NCBI GenBank assembly: GCA_051362555.1
Contig: CM120641.1
Span: 37,392,401 to 37,456,400 of the forward strand
Reading direction: 5' to 3'
Length of the DNA stretch: 64,000 nt
DNA from: Lingula anatina
Lineage: Eukaryota > Animalia > Brachiopoda
The position numbers and the translations under genes were made by a program. The notes beneath the pieces were generated by a model that was given only the letters and a program-made list of their open reading frames with translations, ran no database searches and was not told where the DNA came from. Positions 26,578 to 38,300 of the stretch are shown here, in pieces (position 1 is the stretch's first letter; every line of letters starts with the position of its first letter).

Positions 26578-29316
26578 AGTCTTATCTATTTACGTCCATA
26601 AAAGAACAATAACTTGAGAACGTGGACAAATAATTCGAGTCATAAAGATAGATTGATATTAATTTCATATATAGACTTAAACAATATCACATTTTTTAGT
26701 TTGTCATGTATAAACTATGCAAACTTATCGATAGCACAAAAGATTAAACACAACGCAGCTTAGTTTGTTTATGGGATTTTTTTTCTAACAGCTAGAAAGG
26801 CTTCCGCATAAGAAATTAAAATGATGTTTGGAGCGGAATAATGTGATCACATATGCCCAAAAATTACACGTGCTATACACTGCATTGAATGTACGTGCAA
26901 TCAACATAATATTTTAACTATGATAATGAATGTCCAAGTTAATACAAATTTCATAACTACTTTACATGTTTCTACCCGTTAAATGCTATATTTTCAAACG
27001 AAGACTTTATAAGTGTTACAACTAATTCGACATTGGCAGGACATTTGGTGTATTGGTTCCATATAATGGCTTTTTAAAATCACCTAAATGTAAAAATCTA
27101 ACTTCTGATAAAACTAAAGATATAACTGAAATTAACAGCATGAATTAAACTTTTTTATCACCACCATCATCACTATAATATTAATATAATGCCTATAATT
27201 ATCATTATCATTATTAATACCATAGGAGAGAGGTGCATATCCTACATTTTAACAAGCAATGGTTTCAACCGTCATCGACCACGATATCAAACAAATTATC
27301 TATGGAACGGGAAGAAAATGTACCGAAGACATACTCTTTATGCAAAACTTGCTAGCTGTAACGGTTTTCCAGTAGGTTAAGATACTTAATTCTTGTAATT
27401 TCTCGATAATGATATTTTTTTCTGATCAATTTTCATGGTTTGTTTACTTTGTGGAAGACAGTAGTTTTACAAGGTTCAGTCACATCCTTCTAAGTGTTGC
27501 CAAAAAGCACCCACAATGCTGGAAGGGTTCGTAAATATTATAATCCACACGCCCCAGGAAAACCAACCAGCCCGCATGAAAAAAAAACCTGCTCTTAACT
27601 CAATGCAACCTATATTTACATTATAGAATATTGAGACAATTTAACAGTATTTGTACTTCTGCACCGATTTAAGCGATTATGTGACACAGATATACATCTC
27701 CATTGAATGTATGCAGAGTCGGCAAAATTGGCAGTCGTGAAATGGTTCTATCATTCTGTTGATAAAAGTGCTGGTGGGGTTGCTTTTGACACACCTATTA
27801 TGTACGCCTATGATAATTTACCAAATAAATCATTGCTAACGATATCGCAAATAGGCCATGTAGTACGTGAATTTGTGACCGACTTGAAACAGTGATATAC
27901 CTATATATGTTTATATTAAAAATTGAACGGGGAATGTGAAAAAGTGAATGTCCAAACATTTCTGCTCTAGAACTATGTATACAATGGCTGTATATATTAA
28001 TTTTGTACTGCACTATTATCCATTTGTAGGTGTTAACGTCTGTCATATTAAAACTGCCCTTCTTGTGACGTGGCGTTTCTTTTTAGGACGCCGATGCAGG
28101 CACAGATCGTGTTCCTCCTCTCTTTGCATTATCAGTAGTTCTTACTATGCCAATTGAGTTACTTGATATCCCGCAGGGCTGCATTGTTTCTCTTCTCCTT
28201 ATTATGATACATGGTATAATTCGACATCATACATGGTATAATTCGACATCGGAAGGCTTTAACAAAACTATCTGAGAGAACACACCAATTTGCAGTCAAC
28301 TGATGGAGGTATAAACGGTGTTTGTGCAAGTCACTCTGTCGAAGTCTGTATTCTGAGTACAAAGTCATGAGTTTATAGAAAAAAAATCTAATTACTGAAA
28401 TGAACATTGATTCTGTGGTCCCTGTACTAGACTTTCCTAAAAACCATCCCTGGCTCCTAAATACAGCAACTTGTTTGATTTTTTAGGTCAACTTCAACGT
28501 TTCCAATTTCATCAGATATAGATCCGTAAATAACGTAGGTGAATGTGCAAGTGGTATATAGTGGCTCTACATGTACATCATAATGTACAGACTGATCCAG
28601 GAATTTGGTCAAGAGGGAGGTTCAAAGATCAGTATACCTGCACGCGAAAATATAATTAAAATAATAATAAAAATAATAATAATAATAATAACAATTATTA
28701 TTATTATAAATTATTAAACTTTCGAAGAAAGAAGTGATAGGGTCGAGATTGGTTTGGATATTGTAGACTGGTTAAAAGGATCACGTTCACAGCTGATGTT
28801 GTATTTGATATTGAAAGTTGTTTAGTAAACATCCTACCCAAATTGTTGTTAATGGAAAAGGGATGGAACAAAAGAAGTGCAAATTGTTAAGGCGTTACGA
28901 ACGTGTGGACACAAAACGTAAGCAACAATTACAAATGCGTCTTCTATCTGGACCCAAAAGCAAAAGTGTGTATTGGTTTTGACTATCATGGTAAATGCTA
29001 CGTATTTTACAGCGAGAAAATCCCTGTGCATTGTACACCAAAACGTTTGGCATCATGTAACTAATAATTTTTTACAGATTCTTTTCTTTTCTCTTTTTTA
29101 TGTCAAAACTTATCCATGTGACGAAATATGCAAGCTGCGCCACTGTTAATGTGTATCCACACGAGAGACCACTGAATATCTCTTTATAATTCAATTTATA
29201 ATAATATTAAAGGCTATAGTTACGGTGTGCAAAATAGTGCATATAAGTATATAAACATTTTTGTATAAACAAATATAAGATGCATGAGCATGGTGCTGCA
29301 CCAGTAAATCAATCAA

Positions 29317-32300
29317 CTATTCATGTGATCGGGGGAATATTGCGCAAATAGACACAACAATGGCAATAAGATACATATAGAAGAACAATCGGTCTAACAC
29401 CAACGCTATCACTCGCCATTCCTCGCACTTTTTTGTATTTGCGTCCTTTTCCGCTATTCTGTTCATAAAAGATCGCGCACACCTTCGAATGTCCCGGATC
29501 TCACTTTCCAGCGCAGTGATATTGACTGGCGATTTATCCGGCGGATTGCTCCAGTCTCCAGTATTGTTAGAGCTGGAATTATTTTGCATGCTTACGCCGC
29601 ACTCGCACATTTGATATTTGTTGTATTTTAGTTCTGGTACTTTGTTTTTCTTTTTCTCTTTGTTATTGATCAGTTTTACGCCCTCCATTTTGGGAGCGCC
29701 TCTCTGGTCGACATGGTACGTTTCGTCTGTCATGCACATAATTTTCGCAAATCCGTCCAGCATCACCTGAAACAGATTTAAGAGTCTTATTTGTTTGAGG
29801 CCTTGAAACTGAACAACAGTTTTAAAATGATTGTATCTAATGACACATACATACAATAGTAACATACATATATATATACACACACATACATACATACATA
29901 CACATACATACATACATACATACATACATAGTGTGAGTTCAAACAGACCTTCGAAATGCATTCAAAACATGCAATATATACACACATGAATAATTATCGT
30001 AACTTACGCACCAACATGCACAGGCAAAACGTACCCCTGTACAATTATCTCATAATCCAATTCTTAAAAGTGGGAACTGAAATATTTTGTGCTATTTGGT
30101 TTTAAATCAAATTCAGAAACATTTCATTTTCCAGTGCCCCCACAGACGATATGACCTTACCCGCTTCAGCCAGTTGGGCGCTTTTCGCCTCTTTGCACCT
30201 CTGAAGTAGAGGTTAATTACAATTGTGGACAGAAATGTGGATAAAGTGATGAGAATCATATTCAAGCAAAAATAGGCACCTGAAACAGAAATAACGATAT
30301 CATCAAAAGGTTTATCGTTAGTGATATTTTGATTTTGGTTAACAAAATACAAATAAAATTAAGAAGGTTCATCAAAATTTACCGTTTTTAAATTTAATTA
30401 TAAAATGACCTTTGCCAAATATTGGTATGAAACATTAGAGGTCACAATGATCGATATTCAACGTACCACTAAAAGGCTTGTGCTACTTTTTATGAAAGTC
30501 CGCAAATTAAATCGTGTCAGCGAATGTACCAGTAAAACGACCACGTTAAACATAAAACTATACCAATAAACCATTAAATCATCTCAAAATTAAATATAAA
30601 GTAAACAATTCTGATTTATCTCGCATAAAAAGCTAAAGTTACAAAACAAACTAATAATATTCATCACTACGCAATTTTGCAATGAAAACAGAAACAAAAT
30701 GGGTCCTAAGGCACCTTTTTGCACCTGATGTATCCGCAAAACGCATTCTGTGGCCTTTTCTGTTTAATTATGGACGCCAGGACGGCTACTTGTGTTCACC
30801 AAATACACACTGTGTTAATATATTATACGGACTACGTACACAAGACATGAGGATACAGCCACGGACACCAAAATATCCAACTTGAGAGATGAAAAAAGAG
30901 AGGTTGGTTATAGGAAATGGACTGCTGAGTTGTAAAGTGAGTGACCCCTAGGTCAGAAGTTTATTTTAGTTTATCTACGTTATATCTATAAGATGATTCG
31001 TGCTAAAAGGGTTTTAAATTGACATATTTTCTTATATATCAAAAACACAAAAAAGGCAAAAAACATGCGTAAATATAAATCGATACAATGATATGTAAAT
31101 ACGAGAAAAAGTTTTACCTTATAGTAATTTCAACATCTCTTTCTGTTCAGTGGCCTTTGTATTTTGAAAGCGTTTCACCATCAAACAATTCAAAGTAAGG
31201 TTAAAATAAACGTCTAAACAACATTAAAGAGACAACCAGATGTAATTCAGCGAATGGACAATTTAAGCTAGAGTTTATATACTTAGCATGGGCTTATTCG
31301 GTACTCTCCAAAAGGATCATCAGGTGCTCAAATTGTAATACGAATTAAATAGGCGTCCTGACGTCATATGTGCCCAAATTTCGTACCTATAAGTGGAATA
31401 GAGGAAGCGGCTGGGGGCGTGCTCTCCGCTAGTAGTAGCAACAAGACGAAAAATGCCACAAAAATATTCATTCCTGGAAAAGAGCAGTGGTTGGCATTGT
31501 TATAAAAACAATAATTATAAGGTGATGAAAATAGTGGACCCGGGCAGAAAACCGGCGGTACCATGTAAAGCAGTGGCTCTGAGGAAGGTTAAAGACGTAC
31601 AATCATTTGTGCAGTGCGCATGCAAATAACTATTTCAAATAATTGATTCCCATTTTGGATAGTGTGGAATTGCACATTAACCTTTGTATGGCGATCATGC
31701 TAGAGGACAATGTGTCAATATTTTTGACCATGTTCATAGTCAGTTACATGCTCGTTGGAGGGCGGTGATACAAGGACAAAAGCAGTCAAATGCATGCTCG
31801 TCGGATTGTATTTTGTGGTTGATTTGGTTTAAATGAAGGGTTCAAAAAATTTGAAGCGTGAATTTGGTTAAGTGCTTAAAATTTACTCTTATAAAAAAAT
31901 TCCCCCGACGAAGAATGCAGTTGACAAGAAGAATCGGGTGACAAGCTCTTCCATGGCGTCTGTAACGCTATGTTAGTTGACACGCTTACCTGACGCTATG
32001 CAGACCTACATTTGCTTAACCGTGTTGGAGGCGTCAGGCTTTGGCGTAGAGATTGCCATGGATGAGCTGTCGTGAACACAGGTTAACACATTCAATACAG
32101 GTACACCAAAAGCAATATCTGAGCGTGCCAGTCAACTGCCCTACCAACACCAGCAATATTACCTATCAATGGCACTTTGGCGGACGGTGGTGTTAGGTCC
32201 TTAAGAAGTAGTAAAAGCAGAAAGAACGCCACAAAGATATTCATGCCTGAAATGGACATAAGGAAAAACAAAAGGATATCAAATACAGCAGACAGCATCT

Positions 32301-35300
32301 ATACGCTTGGTTTTTGTTTTCATCAAGGTCGAAAGCTGGAATACCAATTGCAGCAACTATCATATCTGGAGAACAGACATAATACTACTTACTAATAGAA
32401 AGCAGTGGCGACAAGTTTCTCTCAATAATGTTTTTTTTTTCAAAGTCGGTGCGGCAAGAAGTTGATATTAGCAAGGTATTTTACATAATATACATTCAAT
32501 ATTGAAAACACACTCCCGTGAAGTGCAGTCTCGGCGAGATAGCAAAGTGCTTAATTCTTGGCATGTTGTCAACACTCACATCAATTTTTTTTTTTTTTTT
32601 GGCTTTTTTGCTTTTTTTGTACAAAATCTATCGGTGATTTACGTTGAAAAGCAGTGTACGAAATACTACAAAACACGAGTCATCATGACTAACTACAAAA
32701 TGCCCAATACTAAATAGATACTGAACGTTGCCAAACTTATACGTTAACGATCCATCCATAGATTTACACATGCGTATCAGTACAACCGATCATGCATTAA
32801 CAGGTACACAATTTCACATTGCCTTTTGGATGTGTACACGGTGTAAGAATACATGGATTGTGGTGAATCTCAGTCCACTGCTTCAATTAGGCAGTGCGCA
32901 TAAACATTCATTTAGAGAATAATTGACGAAAGGACGTTTCATTCGAAAAGTGCCCACCCCCTTGGCACGGGATGGTGGTTGTGCATGAACACTGCATCTT
33001 TAACATTTATGGGTGGTCTTTCGATGGAATTATGCGAACAAAAATTAAACAAAAGGGATGGGTATTTCTTTTGAAATAAACGTGGCTGCAAGGCCATTAT
33101 AAATATTTTGGGATGTAGTCGAAAAAAGTATATTATTAACAGTTCTTTGTATCTTAAACATATACTATTAAATTCAGATTTTATATTCAATCTATTGCAA
33201 TGTTTTAAAATAAGAAATCACTGTATACGGTTTGTTTAAAGTGCTTTATCTTATATGTTTCTTTATCTTACGGTAAACAAGGAGACAGGGACAACTTTGC
33301 ATGTGTTTACTTACCTAACTGCATTTTTGCTGGAGATTCAGGTGGCATCCAGAACAACGCTAAAGTCAAAGTCGATAACAAAACACAAGGTAGCACCAAA
33401 ATGTAATTATAAAATGCTACTTTTCTTCGAAATCTTATCGTAAACGTTAGATCGGGAAACGGCTCTGGGCAGCAAGGGTACGTTTTCACGTTCTTTTTAG
33501 CGGGGCTGTCCATCACCACCCACTCATTGGACTCGACGTAATCCTTCAGGTCGACCTTCTCCCCATCATAGAAAAACACATCCAGCTGGAAGCCATCATA
33601 TGTCCATGATCCAAACTTCATGTTGCACTCTTGGATATCGAAAGGGAAGTACGTAATGTCTATGTTACAGGAACTCTTAAAGATCGCCTGTGGAATCCAC
33701 ATGACTTGGCCGTCATTCGATACAACAGCCAAGGCCTCTCTTCGCTCCTTCAGACGAGTGTCGGCACTGAAAACGACAGATGTAATAATGATTGCTTTGA
33801 AAAGCACTGCGGTTATGAAAAGGATCCGTGTACGTATCAGTAAAAAGTCTTTGCTTTTCAAAAAATTAATTAACAATGCAGAGAGTAATACACTACCACT
33901 CATTATTGCATTATTATTATGATAACGTTTGTAAACGTTTTACTGGTCGTAACGTCCAAACATGCTACCGTTGTGGAAAAAGTTACCTTTTTTAACCAGA
34001 AAAACGTACAAACTTTTGACAACTTACTAGTTGTAAAGAACAATATCCGGCTTCCATATTTGGTCTGTGGGCACTCGGATCGTTTTGACATCACTGTAGT
34101 TCTTTGGATTCCATGCTAAAAGTTTGTCTTTCCACGCCTACAGAACATGAAATACAAAATGTAACGTGATTATGAGGGCAAGTACACTGCCTGGGATTAT
34201 TATTGTTAAGTTGCATCGGATTGTACCAGTCCCTTACAGTGCAGTGTAGAGATTGTGTTAGTTGCGAAAAGACGCATTCCTGTCTGTGCGCTAAATCTAA
34301 TTGTTCAGGTTCGGACAGTTGCAGAAGCATCTTAAATTTTGTTTATCAGTTGTGGATTAAAGGGGGGGGGGGGGTCAGGAAGGGTCTTTGTCCTGATCTT
34401 GTCCTGATCCTGATGAGAGGGTCTGAGAAAAAAATCACACTAACGTTCTCCTCCTGAAATTAGAATTTTGACCAGCTGATTTATAGTACTAAACCGTACC
34501 AAATGGCACCGTTCGCCCTCTAAAATACCAAAAATTTTCGGGGCCCTTCAGTGGGCCTCGAGCCCCACGCCAACCGGCGCCATCCGCGAACCCCACGCCA
34601 TCCGCGGCCCCCCTTCAAATAATCCTGTTTGTACATTCCAGGAAGATGAAGAGGCCAGTCAGGCTCTAAAAATCATTTTCAAGAAAGCTGTTGTAAATCA
34701 AGAAGAGGATCCAATGACCTCCAACTGAAGGCTGGCTTTCATACCAGTAGATTTTTGTTCTGACTGCATTGTCATAATAGTAAAGTTTAAACGTGTTTTT
34801 TTTATATGTACATTTTATGTATATTGTTTGGTAACGTTTCAATTTTTTACATAAAATTAAACAATATGGAAAAGTACATGATGATCACTACTGCTTAAAT
34901 AAATGTAAAGATATAAAAATCCAGTACTTTGCAAACTGCATTTTTATTTCTAAACGGATACAGCGATTGTCTATGTTTGAAACTATCTTAACATGATGGC
35001 ATCACATGAGGCTATCAGATCTAAGCTCCCTAAACCACACGCCGTATAACGGATCTGTTCGACTGCAATCAGTGGAATTCAGAATTAATTTGACGGTGAG
35101 ACAAATTTTTCAATATCCCAAGACGGATTTGCCATTTCCATATCATCAAATTAGAAAGTTTCGATGATCTTTAGAGATAAAGATATTTCAGCGAAGCAAG
35201 AGATACTCCCTAAATCAATAGACTATTAGACAAACATTCAAATTAAGGTTGATGGATTACAATCGATACAAGGAGAGCGAGCACAGACTTAGACCCTCAT

Positions 35301-38300
35301 TTCAATACCGGGTCGATTTTTGGAATGAATATTTGGATGTTTTCCACCTTATCTTCATTTCTATAGTAAAATGACCCGCTTTGAAAAAAATGTCCACAGT
35401 TACATGAACCGGTGTTAAAACCTGAGCGTCGTTTAATAGATAGTCCGTCCTCCATTAAATTCATACCGGTTCGGGTCAGTGCGACCTAAGTGGGTCAAAA
35501 TCTAGGACGGGGCGTACCTGTAGAAATCAATAGGGACGGTACCCTGAATTGCTTGGGACCCTCATGCACATATGGCACCGGTTTTTATATCTAAGCCTGC
35601 TTCTTATATAATGTACAGATTAATATGTATAAATATCGAAACATATCAATACATCTCAATTCAATGTATTTCTCCACTGATGCATGCATTTTATGACCTT
35701 GTACACCTAGTATACAATGTGAATGATACACATTATGTTGCACAAATTACAGTTGCTGCAGTCATATCATAAATGTAAAATACTAGAAGATAGCAATTAT
35801 ATAGTAGCACGGCGTTAATGTGGTGAACGTTTAAAAGTGTCCCTGCACCAAACTCATACCAATCGTAATGATTAGTCCACTTAACGACCATTGATTAATT
35901 AATGAATTCATTTCAATGCTGACCAATGCAGGTCATGAACTTCAGTTAAGGTCCAATATCAATCATACGTATGGGTAGAAATTCACGTAGAATGCTTCTC
36001 CATTCGCTCCTTATATTAACGAATAAAAAACTACAGACAGGCATTTTAAAACTGTCAAGAGACGCATTTCTGAAGGTATTCCCTCGACCGCTGTCGTGAT
36101 CCGCCCTCTGCAACTACGAAGCATTTCTCCCAAATTGAACCCTTTGATATAAAATATATATTACAATAATGGCAGTGCTGGGAGGCTAAATAGCACTTGA
36201 ACCAAGAAACTGCCGGGTCTGACCATAAACAAAAACATTCATTACATACTATGTCCCTATCTAGACCCACACTCGATGGATAAAACAGTTCAATGTGCAT
36301 TAAAAACATATCATTCACCATCTATAAGAAGGATGGCCATTTTTTCTTCGAGGTCACCTTAATCAAGTCTAGGAATCAGACCAAGTTCATTAGGGTACAT
36401 ATCAGTTTTTATGCCCTGTCATATTTCTGTCCGCTGTCTTCTGCTGCACGAGTCGTTAACTTTGATATATTTGTTAGATAAAAAAGAAATATGTGCCATG
36501 ACAGCTATATTTTACGTACATATGGGCGAATTTACGTCTAGGGTTGCGGTAACCTACTGTCACCAGATAAAGGAAGAGATGTATGAAGTCTTATGACAAA
36601 GCAAGTACACAAAATTAGACATCAAACGTGTTAATTGTGCTGTGAATTTATGGAAGAACATGCACTAGTAAAATTACAGATTAAAACAATTTACAGTTAA
36701 GGCGTATGAGCTGAGCGTTATTTAGACAACGAATAAATCCATCTCCATTCGGGAAAGTTATTTGTAGCTCAACTCTGTAACTCGAAGCTAAGGTGTTGAT
36801 ACGGAAAAACACGAGGTTGGGCGAACTGATCCATCACCTGACAGATTTCAATTGGTAAACCACTTCTCTTAATTATGATTCATCTCTTATAATGTATTCT
36901 ATTTGTATGCTTTGGTATTCTGATAGGTGAAATTACAATAACTGCGTTGTCATTGTACAGTAATCTATCAGGACAATAAAGTTCATCGTCGAAAATTTGA
37001 CAAGAACAGAAGTCATCCTAATTGTTTGCCTTACTCTGTGCTGGTCTTCTCGTTAAATCTCTTAGAGCTCTTTAGGTATTCTGTCTTCTGCATCTAACTG
37101 GCTGAATTATTTTCCATGTATTTTTCAAAATGTCAAAATGATGTTTTTATTTGAAAGGAAGACCAGTACTACCAAAGATTTGCATTATACTACTTGAATA
37201 AGCCATGTTTTTTAAAAAGCTTAAATATATTACTAGATTTTAATAAATCAAATTTGAGGTCAGACACAGCACGGGTCATGGAAACGTAGTGAAATTTTGG
37301 TGAAATTCCACTTCAATTTTACCCTCTACCAGGGTGGCAGATTATAAAGGGAAAAATGGGAACTTCCACAGATAGTAAAATGACCGTCTATTTATCTAAA
37401 GACATATCTGTGAATATCCTGTGAAAAGTCAATCTGTGGCCCTGGTAGAGGGTACTTCAATTTAGCATTTCACACACCGAAAAGTCGCCCACGAAACCTT
37501 TACTATTCCCAACTACACGTGATGTAAGGTCAATGGCTTACGCTTTTATTTACATTTTATTTGCAATAAGAAAGGACGTAAGCCATACACTTAAAACCCA
37601 TGGTGTTGTTTTCTTAATAGCGTTATCTTTAAATGCATTATGCGCATTCAAACCGCATGTAAAAATTCTTCGGCACCTGTGGTTTCCATACACCACAAGG
37701 AAAGTCAACGACCGATTGGCTGTCCTGTGGTGGTCCACAGTTTGCCAACGATTGGTTTTTTCACTTAACTTTGCTGTTAATTTATTGTGCCATATAAAAA
37801 CGATGAAGCTAAGTCTATTAACAATCAGTTCGTCTCTCTACGGAAAGCTTAATTTAAGCCTAGTTGGTCGATGAGCACTTCGGATTTGGGTTTGCCATTG
37901 TAACCATAGCGTTAATCCACTTTGTGCGTACTGTTTGTTTGAAGATTACTTTATAATTCATCCTTCCTACTTTATTCTGCACTTTACTTGAGCGTTATCT
38001 ATCAATGTCGTCGGACGCTTCCTTGTGGTGGATGAGCAAAGAAACGTGTTCTTTATGTTGAGAATGAATGGCGGTGCACTCGAGTGGAATACGCTATATG
38101 GTAGGTCCATCCTAACCATATGGGACTGCTCAGCTGTAGAATTCCACGCGGTTTTAATTCACTGAAAGGGATTCCCACACTTAGCCATCACATTTGAAAT
38201 GCTAGTTCTGGTGGTTGGTCTGTCTCAGAGGCTTAGAGGACAATTTTTTCCCTTTTTTGTTGTATGGAAATTAAGCAATTTTTAATTGATTATCATGAAT

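Noticed and set aside
29767-29961. N-terminal part of the 214-aa ORF ([14 protein letters not shown])
   Set aside because: Intronic microsatellite read-through; the real exon starts at the acceptor at 29766.
31990-32100. A third degenerate M2 exon (in-frame SLTPP resembles DLTPP of exon A)
   Set aside because: No hydrophobic M2 sequence precedes LTPP, spacing to the splice sites differs, and there is an in-frame stop; kept only as a possible poison exon.
32165-32200. Short duplexes between exon A and its flanking intron (accuaacacca/uggugUUggu; uacuacuu with 32383-32390)
   Set aside because: Only 8-10 bp with bulges; not distinguishable from chance without folding statistics.
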